A stretch of DNA of 64,000 nucleotides from Methanothermococcus sp. Ax23 (GTDB lineage: Archaea; AGJL01; Methanococci; Methanococcales; Methanococcaceae), in NCBI RefSeq assembly GCF_049075655.1, contig NZ_CP157522.1:1344001-1408000 (forward strand), read 5' to 3'. Shown piece by piece: positions 10,067-19,813 of this stretch. The notes below the pieces were generated by a model. That model saw nothing but the letters and a program-made list of their open reading frames with translations. It made no database searches and was not told where the DNA came from. The position numbers and the translations under genes were made by a program. Each line of letters begins with the position of its first letter. The stretch's first letter is position 1.

Positions 10067-11329
10067 CTATTTACAGTATTTGAAAAAAAATAAAAATGTA
10101 ATAGTCATTACAAATAACCTATGAATAATTCTTGCTATAATTGCCCCTAAAAGCCCATAAAAATAAATTCCAATTAAACTTAGTAATATTAATAATATAG
10201 CAGAGTAATTATAAAATTTATTTACTAAATCTCCTTTTTTTTCTTTTATTAAATAATTAAATGGCAAAGTATATATCATACTTATAAAACTTAAATGATA
10301 TACCATACTCAACCAAACATATTCATAGTATCTAGGATAAAACCATTTAAAAATGAAAGGAGCAACTACCCAGTAAATTAAAATTAAAAAAACAATCACT
10401 AACAAAAACTTTTTAAAATGTTTCATTAAATCTTTTTTACCCATGTCTTTGGAAGCAATTTTAGGTAATAGCATGGGAGTAAATGCATTAGCAAAAATTT
10501 TAATTTGATTGGGCAATAATGTAACAATTTTAAAAACTGCCAAATCAGAAAAGCCTATAATATAAGGCATAATTAAACTATCAAAATTCCATGAAACAAT
10601 AGCAAATGCCTGAGAATAACTAATACTTTTTCCAAATTCAATACCATGTTCATCAATTTTGTTATTTTTTACAAATTTTTTAACATAAAATAAACTAAAA
10701 TATCCATTAATAATAATTTGGACCAAAACAGTAATTACAACAATCCAAAAAACACTTTTTGTAAAAAATACTACAACAACTATCAAAATTGTTGAAATAA
10801 CATTAAAAAATGATGATAATTTAGCCAGTCCATCAAATCTTTTTTTGCCATTTAATAAGTTAGGATAAAATCCGGAAATGGAATAAAATGGAAAGATAGA
10901 AGACAATATTAAAAAAATTAACATCATATCAAATCTTCCAAAGAAATATTCATAAATGGAAAATCCTAATAATAATAAACTTCCCAGCCAACTCCATTTA
11001 AAAACTTCTTTCAATGCCTTAAAATATGTTCCTTCATAACCTTTTGCAACTGCCTGAACAACCGCAACACCCATTCCAGGAAGTGCAAAAACCCCTGCAA
11101 TCCCTAAAACTGTCATTACAAAACTATATTCTCCAAAAACTTCTTTTGATAATAAGTTGGCGAAAACGATACTTAATATAAACCCTTTCAAAGTTCCGAA
11201 GAATTGCCCAACACTTAACCAGAATCCGCCCCTTATAAAATATGGAAGGTCTAAACCTACCTTTGAGGAATAGTCCTTTGTAAGATCATATATTCTATCT
11301 TTTAAATTGTTATAGTGTTTCTTTACCAT
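10067..11329 (-). CDS. Oligosaccharide flippase (Wzx/MOP family)
   Basis: About 12 hydrophobic segments; ANLLSKEVFGEYS and YGLLGAIIA motifs; glycan-cluster context. Confidence 0.85.
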   Translation of the reverse strand: MVKKHYNNLKDRIYDLTKDYSSKVGLDLPYFIRGGFWLSVGQFFGTLKGFILSIVFANLLSKEVFGEYSFVMTVLGIAGVFALPGMGVAVVQAVAKGYEGTYFKALKEVFKWSWLGSLLLLGFSIYEYFFGRFDMMLIFLILSSIFPFYSISGFYPNLLNGKKRFDGLAKLSSFFNVISTILIVVVVFFTKSVFWIVVITVLVQIIINGYFSLFYVKKFVKNNKIDEHGIEFGKSISYSQAFAIVSWNFDSLIMPYIIGFSDLAVFKIVTLLPNQIKIFANAFTPMLLPKIASKDMGKKDLMKHFKKFLLVIVFLILIYWVVAPFIFKWFYPRYYEYVWLSMVYHLSFISMIYTLPFNYLIKEKKGDLVNKFYNYSAILLILLSLIGIYFYGLLGAIIARIIHRLFVMTITFLFFFKYCK

Positions 11330-11346
11330 GCAAATCCCGTTTAATT

Positions 11347-12546
11347 TTACTTTTTTAATAATTCATTGAAAATTTTCTTATATTTTTCAACCGAGCTCCG
11401 CCAATCAAAATTATCCTTTATAAATTTTTTTGCATTTTTTCCGTAAATTTCTATTAAATCATTATTTTTAATTAATTTAATAATTCCCTTTTTGATTTGT
11501 TCGGGACTATTATCTTTTAACAAAATCCCTGTGTTTCCATCAATAATGACTTCATCTCCACCTTCATAAGGACTTGCAACAATCGCCTTTCCACAACACA
11601 TTGCTTGAAGTAGTGAGCTCGACAAACCGCCACCTCTATAAGATGAATGAATGTATATGTCGCATGCCTTAACAATCCCTATCGCATCTTTAAAATCCTT
11701 TTTTCCGGTAAAATAAATACCATTATCTAAATAATCTCCCGATAGCTTTTTAAGTCTCTCTATATCTTCACCATAACCTACAATAATTAAGACAGTTTTT
11801 TCTTTTATATCCTTTGGAAGCATTTTATATGCCTTAATAATATTCTCAACACCTTTCCATTTATACAAACGACCAACAAAACATAATCTTAATTTGTTTT
11901 TAAACCTTTCTTTTATGTCATTATTTTCTTTTATACCCTCAATATACTTGATTTCCAATCCTCTATATATGATGGGAATATGTTTATCTTTGTCTTTATT
12001 TTTATTTTTAACAAAATTCTCTACAATAAAGTCCTTAACTGCCTTTGAAATTGCTATTACACAGTCGGATTTTTTGAATATTATTTTTCCAATTATTTTA
12101 TCATAAAAATAGGCCAGTTTATTTGTAAATTCATTTTCTACTTTAATAAATGCACTTCCATGCTCAACATGGATTAATTTATTTCTTCTATTCATTCTAA
12201 ATTTTGCAAAGAAAAATCCCAAAAATGTATTTGAAAAAAATCTTGTTCTTGTCATCACAATATCAAAATCTATTTTATACAAATTAAAAAACATCTTCCA
12301 AAATTTGACATTAAAAATATTTGGGACAGGATAATTCGATATAATTTCAAATGCAGGATATCTATAAATCTTAACATTATTGTGCCTTATTTCAAAATCC
12401 TTATACTTTGGAATATTTGGTGCAAATATATAAATATCATAATCTTTGTCACTAGATAAATATTTTGCGAATTCATCCACATGAGTTTCCAATCCCCCTA
12501 TGTGTGGGACATAATAGCCCGGAAAGATAATTAACCTAATCCTCAT
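11347..12546 (-). CDS. Glycosyltransferase family 4
   Basis: PHIGGLETH, FVGRLYKWKG, LLQAMCCGKAIVAS. Confidence 0.9.
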   Translation of the reverse strand: MRIRLIIFPGYYVPHIGGLETHVDEFAKYLSSDKDYDIYIFAPNIPKYKDFEIRHNNVKIYRYPAFEIISNYPVPNIFNVKFWKMFFNLYKIDFDIVMTRTRFFSNTFLGFFFAKFRMNRRNKLIHVEHGSAFIKVENEFTNKLAYFYDKIIGKIIFKKSDCVIAISKAVKDFIVENFVKNKNKDKDKHIPIIYRGLEIKYIEGIKENNDIKERFKNKLRLCFVGRLYKWKGVENIIKAYKMLPKDIKEKTVLIIVGYGEDIERLKKLSGDYLDNGIYFTGKKDFKDAIGIVKACDIYIHSSYRGGGLSSSLLQAMCCGKAIVASPYEGGDEVIIDGNTGILLKDNSPEQIKKGIIKLIKNNDLIEIYGKNAKKFIKDNFDWRSSVEKYKKIFNELLKK

Positions 12547-12553
12547 AATTTAC

Positions 12554-13063
12554 CTATTTATTATTTTTTATAATCTCAACACACTCAAACAAGCTTTTGG
12601 TAACAAAATCTGCCTCAGTATCTTCATTATTATGCAATATTCTTATGGTCTTACACCCTGAGCTCCTTCCACAAATAATGTCACTCTCACTATCTCCAAT
12701 CATCCAGCTTTTATTAAAATCAATGTTCCATTTTTCCTTAGCTTTTAAAAGCATGCCGTTTTTTGGTTTTCTACAATCGCATGTTCCATCCAAATGGGGA
12801 CAATAATAAATATCGTCTATTTCTGGCAATTGTTTCAGCATATACTCATGAACAACTTTTAAATCATCCTCAGTCATTACTCCTTTGGCGATTCCCTGCT
12901 GATTGGTAATTACTATCAATAAATAACCCATCTTTTTAAATTCAATTAATGCATCCTTTACTTTTGGTAGTATTTCAAATTCCTCAATATTTTTAACATA
13001 ATCTCCAATTAGCCGTTTATTAATTACTCCATCCCTATCAAGGAATATTGCTTTATTGTTCAT
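12554..13063 (-). CDS. gmhB: D-glycero-D-manno-heptose 1,7-bisphosphate phosphatase
   Basis: HAD motif FLDRDGVIN, TNQQG, CPH...CDCRKP, MIGD; operon context. Confidence 0.9.
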   Translation of the reverse strand: MNNKAIFLDRDGVINKRLIGDYVKNIEEFEILPKVKDALIEFKKMGYLLIVITNQQGIAKGVMTEDDLKVVHEYMLKQLPEIDDIYYCPHLDGTCDCRKPKNGMLLKAKEKWNIDFNKSWMIGDSESDIICGRSSGCKTIRILHNNEDTEADFVTKSLFECVEIIKNNK

Positions 13064-13171
13064 AATTCCCCATTTTATTTCATTTAATATTAATCCGATG
13101 TTTTTAATGAACACTGTTTTAAATCCTTATTTAATATACAGGAGCTCATGCATCATATACACTATTTTCAT

Positions 13172-14083
13172 CTAATCTTTATCAAACAACTCATCCAAAC
13201 TAACTGTTGCAGTTCCCACTTTTCCAACGACGATTGAGCTCGCCTTATTTGCCAGTTTAACTGCATCGACTAAATCATATTTTTTACTTAAAGCATAACC
13301 AAGTGTAGCAATATATGTATCCCCTGCACCAGAAACATCGTGGATTTCCCTTACTTCTGTTGGAATGTGGTGTATCTCGTTGTCAAGTGTAATTAGTGTT
13401 GAACCTTTTTCACTCCTCGTAATTACTACATTTGCATTATATTTATCTACAATCTCCAATCCCGCTTTTTCAACGTCGTTGTCGTTGTTTTTTATGCCCC
13501 TTCCAACAATTCCTGATGCTTCTTTTAAATTTGGTTTTATTAAAAATACATTTTCATATAAGTGTATATTATCTGGTTTTGGGTCTATTAATATTCTGCC
13601 TTTAAATTGTTTTTTTATATCTTCCATTAAATCTTCTGTAATTACTCCTTTTGCATAATCTGAAATTATCAATATATTTGGGTCGAGCTCTACTATTTTA
13701 TCAACAAACATCTTTGAATAATTGCAATCTAATGGATGTTTTTCCTCATAATCCACTCTTAAAAGTTGTTGATTATATCCTAATGCGACAAATCTATGCT
13801 TTACAATTGTGGGTCGTCCATCAGTTATGAAATGGTATTTTATATTCTTTTTTTTGCATAATTCAACCATCTGCATTCCAAAATTGCCGTTTTCATTACA
13901 TACTCCCAATAAAACAACCTCCTCATCCAAAGATGCGATATTATTTGCAACATTTCCTGCTCCTCCAAGTGCGTATTTCTCTTCAACTACATTCAATACA
14001 GGAACTGGAGCTTCTGGATTTATCCTTTCAACCTTTCCGTAGGTGTATTTATCAAGCATTACATCCCCTAAAACACATATCAT
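13172..14083 (-). CDS. rfaE1: Heptose 7-phosphate kinase (HldA/RfaE domain I, PfkB family)
   Basis: GDVMLDKY...RINPEAPVPV, GGAGNVA, SDYAKG, DVSGAGDT. Confidence 0.92.
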   Translation of the reverse strand: MICVLGDVMLDKYTYGKVERINPEAPVPVLNVVEEKYALGGAGNVANNIASLDEEVVLLGVCNENGNFGMQMVELCKKKNIKYHFITDGRPTIVKHRFVALGYNQQLLRVDYEEKHPLDCNYSKMFVDKIVELDPNILIISDYAKGVITEDLMEDIKKQFKGRILIDPKPDNIHLYENVFLIKPNLKEASGIVGRGIKNNDNDVEKAGLEIVDKYNANVVITRSEKGSTLITLDNEIHHIPTEVREIHDVSGAGDTYIATLGYALSKKYDLVDAVKLANKASSIVVGKVGTATVSLDELFDKD

Positions 14084-14096
14084 TTTTTCCCTCTAT

Positions 14097-14573
14097 TTAT
14101 TTTTTATATTTTTCCAAAACCCACTCAATCACATTTGTTGTAGAAAATCCCTCAACCAATGGAATTATTTTTACTTTTCCACCACATTCTTTAATTATTT
14201 TTGATTCTGGCAAATCTTCTTCGTTGTAGTCCCCCCCTTTCACATGAACATCAGGTTTTATGATTTTTATTAGATTTATTGGAGTTTCTTCATCAAATGG
14301 AACTACAAAATCGATTGATTTTAAATTATCCAGAATATATATTCTTGATTCCAATGGGATAATCGGTCTTTTATCCCCTTTTATTTTTTTTATGGATTCA
14401 TCGGAGTTAATACCAACTATTAAAATATCTCCAAATTTTTTTGCATGATTCAAATATTCAACATGCCCTTTATGGATTATATCAAAACATCCATTTGTAA
14501 AAACAATTTTTAGATTTTGGGCTTTTAATTCATTCACTATATTTTTTAATAGATTTCTATCAGTAATTATCAT
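14097..14573 (-). CDS. rfaE2: Heptose 1-phosphate nucleotidylyltransferase (HldC/RfaE domain II)
   Basis: FTNGCFDIIHKGH, GINSDES...KGDKRP, KGGDY, GFSTT. Confidence 0.92.
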   Translation of the reverse strand: MIITDRNLLKNIVNELKAQNLKIVFTNGCFDIIHKGHVEYLNHAKKFGDILIVGINSDESIKKIKGDKRPIIPLESRIYILDNLKSIDFVVPFDEETPINLIKIIKPDVHVKGGDYNEEDLPESKIIKECGGKVKIIPLVEGFSTTNVIEWVLEKYKK

Positions 14574-14577
14574 GGTT

Positions 14578-15135
14578 TCACATAAATTCCTTTTCAACTT
14601 CTTCACATATTACATGATATATTGTCAAATGACACTCCTGTATTCTTGCAGTATTGCTTGAATCAACAGTTAAGGATAAATCAACAATGTTCTTTAACTT
14701 CCCCCCATCCTTTCCAAGTAACCCAACAGTATAAATTCCCATTTCCTTTGCCTTATTAACTGCATTTATTACATTCTCAGAGTTCCCGCTTGTAGATATT
14801 CCAACCAAAACATCCCCTTCTTTACCTAATGCTTCAACCTGCCTTTCAAATATTTTGTTAAATCCATAATCGTTCCCTATTGCTGTTAAAATCGATGTAT
14901 CTGTTGTAAGGGCTATTGCTGGAAATCCCTTTCTTTCCAATTTAAACCTTCCAACAATTTCTGCGGCAAAGTGCTGAGCATCTGCGGCACTTCCACCGTT
15001 TCCACATATTAATAGTTTATTTCCATTTTTTAAGGAATTTTTTATTATTTCAATACATTTTTTTAAATTTTCTTCATTTTTGATTATAAAATCCATTTTT
15101 ACATCTGCTGACTCTTTGAAGTAATTTTTTACCAT
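14578..15135 (-). CDS. gmhA: Sedoheptulose 7-phosphate isomerase
   Basis: [36 protein letters not shown]. Confidence 0.95.
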   Translation of the reverse strand: MVKNYFKESADVKMDFIIKNEENLKKCIEIIKNSLKNGNKLLICGNGGSAADAQHFAAEIVGRFKLERKGFPAIALTTDTSILTAIGNDYGFNKIFERQVEALGKEGDVLVGISTSGNSENVINAVNKAKEMGIYTVGLLGKDGGKLKNIVDLSLTVDSSNTARIQECHLTIYHVICEEVEKEFM

Positions 15136-15197
15136 AATGCACCCCATATTTTTTATAGTATTTTTCAATATAAAATTAGTAGCAAAGTTATATATAA

Positions 15198-16142
15198 TTA
15201 TTTACCATTAACAAACTTTTCAAACATCCTATCATCCCAAGTTCCAAAATAAGTGTGTTTTCCAGTTAGGTTTAAATGGTTTAATGTTAAGTTGTCCTTA
15301 AAATATAAAAGTTTCGGAGCTCTTGCAAAAACATTTATATCCTTTCCTTCCACCAATATAAAAAATGGTTGCATGTAGTTTATTTTTGGATGAGAATACG
15401 CCGTATTTACAATAGCAGGATAATGCTGTCCATCAATGGAACCAAATATCCAGCCCTTTATTTTATCAAGAAGTGATTGTTTTATATATAGATATTGGCA
15501 GGAATGGGTTTTATTATCGTGGGTAATGGTTGCATATCTAATTTCCCTATTATCCAATTCTTTGTTAAACAATCTTATGGATTTTGCCAATTTCATTTTA
15601 TATTCTTTAACAAGCTTTTCATCAGGGAGTTTTTGATATATTACACATTTTTCAACTTCATTATATTTTTTCAATTTGCAAAGTGCATTTAATTTTGAAA
15701 TATATTCCTTTAACTCTATGTTGTATTTTTTTAAATAGTAGCATTTTCCAAATATCAATTTTGGGGCATATTTTATATATTTAGCAGATATCTTTTTGGA
15801 AATTTCATTCAATAACAACATTCCCAGTTTCTTCTTTTTATCGGTGTTTAATGTAATCAATTTATCATTTGGATTAAATCCGTTATTTTTTAAGAATAAA
15901 ATAGATTGAGATTCACTTTTAAACAGTGGAACTTCATTAAAATATAATAATGACCTAAATAATGGATAATTTTTCCCATATAGCAATAAATCATCTTTTT
16001 CAACAATGCCCAAATCTTCAAAATAATTCCTATATTTTGATATATCGTTGTTTTTGTAGAGCTCCCCTAATATTTTAGAAAAATAAATTGCATCATCATT
16101 ATTATTTGAAGATATAATATTATATAATACATCAGATAACAT
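15198..16142 (-). CDS. Hypothetical protein, possibly a degenerate RecJ/Cdc45 (GAN)-like DHH paralog
   Basis: [17 protein letters not shown] and [14 protein letters not shown] recall the central region of archaeal RecJ-like proteins; no intact DHH motif seen. Confidence 0.45.
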   Translation of the reverse strand: MLSDVLYNIISSNNNDDAIYFSKILGELYKNNDISKYRNYFEDLGIVEKDDLLLYGKNYPLFRSLLYFNEVPLFKSESQSILFLKNNGFNPNDKLITLNTDKKKKLGMLLLNEISKKISAKYIKYAPKLIFGKCYYLKKYNIELKEYISKLNALCKLKKYNEVEKCVIYQKLPDEKLVKEYKMKLAKSIRLFNKELDNREIRYATITHDNKTHSCQYLYIKQSLLDKIKGWIFGSIDGQHYPAIVNTAYSHPKINYMQPFFILVEGKDINVFARAPKLLYFKDNLTLNHLNLTGKHTYFGTWDDRMFEKFVNGK

Positions 16143-16206
16143 ACTATAAACTAACGATTATCATTATTTATAATTTTTCATGATTTAATGTAATTTTGGT
16201 GATTGA

Positions 16207-16227
16207 ACAAATTCCTTCGGAATTTGT
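16207..16227. repeat. Short perfect hairpin (REP-like) upstream of glmM
   Basis: ACAAATTCC-TTC-GGAATTTGT; c-GAA-g triloop on the minus strand. Confidence 0.6.
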
Positions 16228-16257
16228 AGCTCACCTTCATTTTATTCAGGTGATATT

Positions 16258-17604
16258 ATGAAACTATTTGGAACATCAGGTATAAGGATGAAAAACTTAA
16301 ATCCAGAGATTGCTTATAAAATAGGATTTGCAGTATCTCAGATAGCAGAAAATGTTGTAATAGGACGGGACACAAGAACAACAGGGGGATTAATTAAAAA
16401 TGCACTGATTACTGGGCTTTTAAATGGTGGAGCCGATATAACAAACATAGGCATTGTTCCAACACCAACCCTTGGTTTTTCGGCGAGAAATTATGATATT
16501 GGTATTATGATAACGGCATCCCACAATCCACCAGAATACAACGGCATAAAGCTTTTTAATAAGGATGGAACTGCATTCAGACCAGAGCAGGAAAAGCAGA
16601 TTGAAGAAATTGTATTTAACAAAGATTTCAAAAGAGCTGATTGGAACTGCGTTGGAAGTGTTTGGAAGGATGAAACTGCAATAAAAAAGTATATGGACTT
16701 TATTCTTGAAAATGTGGATATAAACAAAAATTTCAATGTTGTAGTTGATTGTGCAAACTCTGCTGGTTGTGTGGCTTCACCTTATTTATTTACCGATGTA
16801 GGAGCTCATGTAATATCGGTAAATTCTCATATCGATGGAAGATTTATTGGAAGGATGCCTGAACCTAATGAGAAGAATTTATATGAAACCATGAAAATGA
16901 TTAAAGGACTAAATGAAAATGAAGAAAAAAGCGGTAGATACATAGGAATTGCCCATGATGGGGATGCCGATAGGATGATAGCAATAGATGAGAAGGGAAG
17001 ATTAACTGATTTTGATAAATTGCTTGCCGTATTTTCAAGATATATTGTGGAAAAAACCAATAAAAAAACAATAATTACCACCGTGGATGCCTCAATGTCC
17101 ATTGATGAATATTTAAAAGATTTGGATGTGAAGGTAATTAGAACAAAAGTAGGGGATGTTGCAGTTTCAGACGCATTGAATAAATATGATGCTATTTTTG
17201 GTGGAGAGCCGTCAGGAACATGGATTCATAAAGATATACATTTAACTCCCGATGGAATTTTATCTGGGCTGAGAATTTTGGAGATGATGGAATTTTATGA
17301 TAAAGAATTATATGAGCTCATAGATGATGTTCCATCATATATAAATTTAAGAGAAAAAATTCCATGTCTTGATGATAAAAAAATGGATGTAATGAATTAT
17401 GTAATTGAAAATGGGGAAAAAATATATGGTGTAATTCCTGAGACAATTGACGGAGCTCGGTTTAGTTTAGATGATGGATGGGTGCTTATACGACCTTCTG
17501 GAACTGAGCCATACATTAGGGTGAGGGTTGAAGCAAAAGATTATACTGTGGCAAAGGAACTCCTGGAAAAAGGAATCAAATTGATTAAAATGGTGGATGA
17601 ATAA
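16258..17604 (+). CDS. glmM: Phosphoglucosamine mutase / phosphohexomutase
   Basis: LFGTSGIR, ITASHNPPEYNG, DGDADR, GEPSG, RPSGTEP. Confidence 0.9.
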   Translation: MKLFGTSGIRMKNLNPEIAYKIGFAVSQIAENVVIGRDTRTTGGLIKNALITGLLNGGADITNIGIVPTPTLGFSARNYDIGIMITASHNPPEYNGIKLFNKDGTAFRPEQEKQIEEIVFNKDFKRADWNCVGSVWKDETAIKKYMDFILENVDINKNFNVVVDCANSAGCVASPYLFTDVGAHVISVNSHIDGRFIGRMPEPNEKNLYETMKMIKGLNENEEKSGRYIGIAHDGDADRMIAIDEKGRLTDFDKLLAVFSRYIVEKTNKKTIITTVDASMSIDEYLKDLDVKVIRTKVGDVAVSDALNKYDAIFGGEPSGTWIHKDIHLTPDGILSGLRILEMMEFYDKELYELIDDVPSYINLREKIPCLDDKKMDVMNYVIENGEKIYGVIPETIDGARFSLDDGWVLIRPSGTEPYIRVRVEAKDYTVAKELLEKGIKLIKMVDE

Positions 17605-17647
17605 AATAGCAAAAAATCAAAATACGCATTTGATTTAAATCTTCATT

Positions 17648-18190
17648 TTACAGTTTTTTATCGCTCCATTCAATTATCCGTTCTACAAGCAACGACATTA
17701 TGACCACAAAAATTATTGTTAAAATAAGTCTTGTTGCCATAAACTTCAACCCAAGAAATTGGAGCTCTACCATCTCCTGAGGAATTTTTATACATGCCCA
17801 TGCAGAAAGAAATGCAATGATGCAGGATATTCGGGCACCTTTTTTAAGTAGAGCAGAAGCTATGGGGAAAGCCACATAAAGAGGACCAGTGGGCAATGTT
17901 CCCATAGCCATACCGAGAAAAACAGCTTTTATTCCAGCCGTATTACTTAGGTGCTTTACAACCACTTCTTCCGGCACAAACACTCTAAAAAGCCCCATCA
18001 ATACCATCACAGCAGGAAGTATTAAAATCATTTCAATAAAAAACTCCCATATTGCAGCAGTTACTGGTCCCTGTTTTTCAGGAAAAATCAATAGTAAAAC
18101 CATGGTAGCAATTGAAATAAAAGCAAGAAAAATAACCTCTCGCTTTTTATTATTCTTTTGTTTTTTTGCCCCATCATCCTGTTTATTCAC
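17648..18190 (-). CDS. Predicted permease (DUF318/ArsP-like half)
   Basis: Hydrophobic; GTLPTGPLYVAFPIASALLKKGA. Confidence 0.7.
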   Translation of the reverse strand: MNKQDDGAKKQKNNKKREVIFLAFISIATMVLLLIFPEKQGPVTAAIWEFFIEMILILPAVMVLMGLFRVFVPEEVVVKHLSNTAGIKAVFLGMAMGTLPTGPLYVAFPIASALLKKGARISCIIAFLSAWACIKIPQEMVELQFLGLKFMATRLILTIIFVVIMSLLVERIIEWSDKKL

Positions 18191-18669
18191 AGTATCAGCC
18201 CCATAATAATACCAATAATAATCGCAATAATAAAACTTATACCGTTTCTCAATAAAGCCATTTTCTTTCCCAATTCTTTTATTTCCAAAGGTAATGTAAC
18301 TATGCCAATCATAGTTAAGGTAGTAATGAATACTGCAACTGAGGTGATTGATGCTCCGTTTTCAAGAAGTGCTGCTGCCAAGGGGAACGAAATTAAGGAA
18401 GGAATATGTAAAACCGACCCCAAAAACGCCACAACAAACACCCCCAAAAAGCCCGTCTGTTCGCCAATTATTTCAGAAATTTGGCTCTGTGGCACAAATC
18501 CTAAAAGCAAACCTATAAAAATTACAATAATAAGAACGGTCGGTAGAATGCCAAAAAATGACTTTAAAGCCATAGCCAATGCCTGTTTTGTTTTTGTTAT
18601 ATCCTTAATCAGGGCAAATATCAAGCAGGCAATGGCAAATATATTTATAAATATAATTGTCATGTTCAT
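18187..18669 (-). CDS. Predicted permease (DUF318/ArsP-like half)
   Basis: Hydrophobic; IPSLISFPLAAALLENGAS; ATGA overlap with the next gene. Confidence 0.7.
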   Translation of the reverse strand: MNMTIIFINIFAIACLIFALIKDITKTKQALAMALKSFFGILPTVLIIVIFIGLLLGFVPQSQISEIIGEQTGFLGVFVVAFLGSVLHIPSLISFPLAAALLENGASITSVAVFITTLTMIGIVTLPLEIKELGKKMALLRNGISFIIAIIIGIIMGLIL

Positions 18670-18690
18670 AATAATCCACTCATATTCAAT

Positions 18691-19698
18691 TTATTTTTTA
18701 GAAATTTCCCTTAATTTGCTGGTTAATTCATCCTTAGGTCTATGTATAACTTCCATGTGTGGATAGGCTATTTCAACATCTTCTTCTTTTTCAAATTTTG
18801 TAAGTATATTTTCTATAATTTTAGTCTTTACATCTGCCCATTCAAATGCATCAACTAAATATCTTACCTTTATCTCAATACCCCTATCTAAAAACTTCAT
18901 CCTAATAAGGGGCTTATCACAAAGTTTTGCCCTTGCAAATAGTCTGGGTTTATCCTTCCAAACTTCCGCGAGCTCCCTCATCATACAACCAACAACCTCA
19001 TCACAAGCTTCAAAAACAAGTTTCTCAGCTTTTCTCCAATTACTTTCATAAGTTATTGCTACTGTCACATTATCCCAAATATATGAAGAACCTTTTGTAT
19101 AATTTGTTATGGCATTTGTTAAAACATAGGCATTTGGGATAATTAAATTTCGTCCTGTTGGTTCTCCAACAACTTCTCTTAAATGGATATGCATGGTGTC
19201 TATTTTATATACATCCCCCATTCCTATATCTTTTATATATATTCTATCGTTAATTTTAAATGGTCTTGTCAAAACGAGATTTACCCATCCTGCGAAGTTC
19301 ATAATGGGTCGCTGTAATGCAAATGTCAATGCCGCACCCATAAGACCAAGGGACATTACAAGAGAGCCGACACCTTCATATAATAATGAAATGGCAATTA
19401 AACCTGCAATAAACCAAGTTGTATATTTAAATACCGATGCAAATACGGGGTAATCTCTTAACTCCCCTTTTTTTTCAAAAAATCTCCTGATTAATTCCAA
19501 AGATATGTCTAAAAATATCAATGTCCCAAGGATTAACACAATTAATATACTAATTTTACTACTATATGACTCTAAGGTGGATATATATTGATATATGTTT
19601 AATTTTGTTCCCAAATAATACAATATACCAAGTAAAATTATTATTTTAGCCAAAAACTTGGTATTGAGTATTAAATTTTTGTTAATCATTTTTCCCAC
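18691..19698 (-). CDS. Small-conductance mechanosensitive channel (MscS family)
   Basis: GAALTFALQRPIMNFAG, RPFKINDRI, IPNA, IAYPH. Confidence 0.9.
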   Translation of the reverse strand: MGKMINKNLILNTKFLAKIIILLGILYYLGTKLNIYQYISTLESYSSKISILIVLILGTLIFLDISLELIRRFFEKKGELRDYPVFASVFKYTTWFIAGLIAISLLYEGVGSLVMSLGLMGAALTFALQRPIMNFAGWVNLVLTRPFKINDRIYIKDIGMGDVYKIDTMHIHLREVVGEPTGRNLIIPNAYVLTNAITNYTKGSSYIWDNVTVAITYESNWRKAEKLVFEACDEVVGCMMRELAEVWKDKPRLFARAKLCDKPLIRMKFLDRGIEIKVRYLVDAFEWADVKTKIIENILTKFEKEEDVEIAYPHMEVIHRPKDELTSKLREISKK

Positions 19699-19813
19699 GG
19701 CATCTATTAGTTATAATCATTAAAATTAGAATTATGAATATATAGTATGAGCTCCGATATTTAGCATATGCTTCGATATTACTAAATTGTATGAGCTCCC
19801 ACATTATATAATA

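Noticed and set aside
18158-18766. 202-aa plus-strand ORF and similar long antisense ORFs (26583-27149, 27612-28175, 54071-54556)
   Set aside because: Shadows of well-supported genes on the opposite strand, with no motifs or RBS
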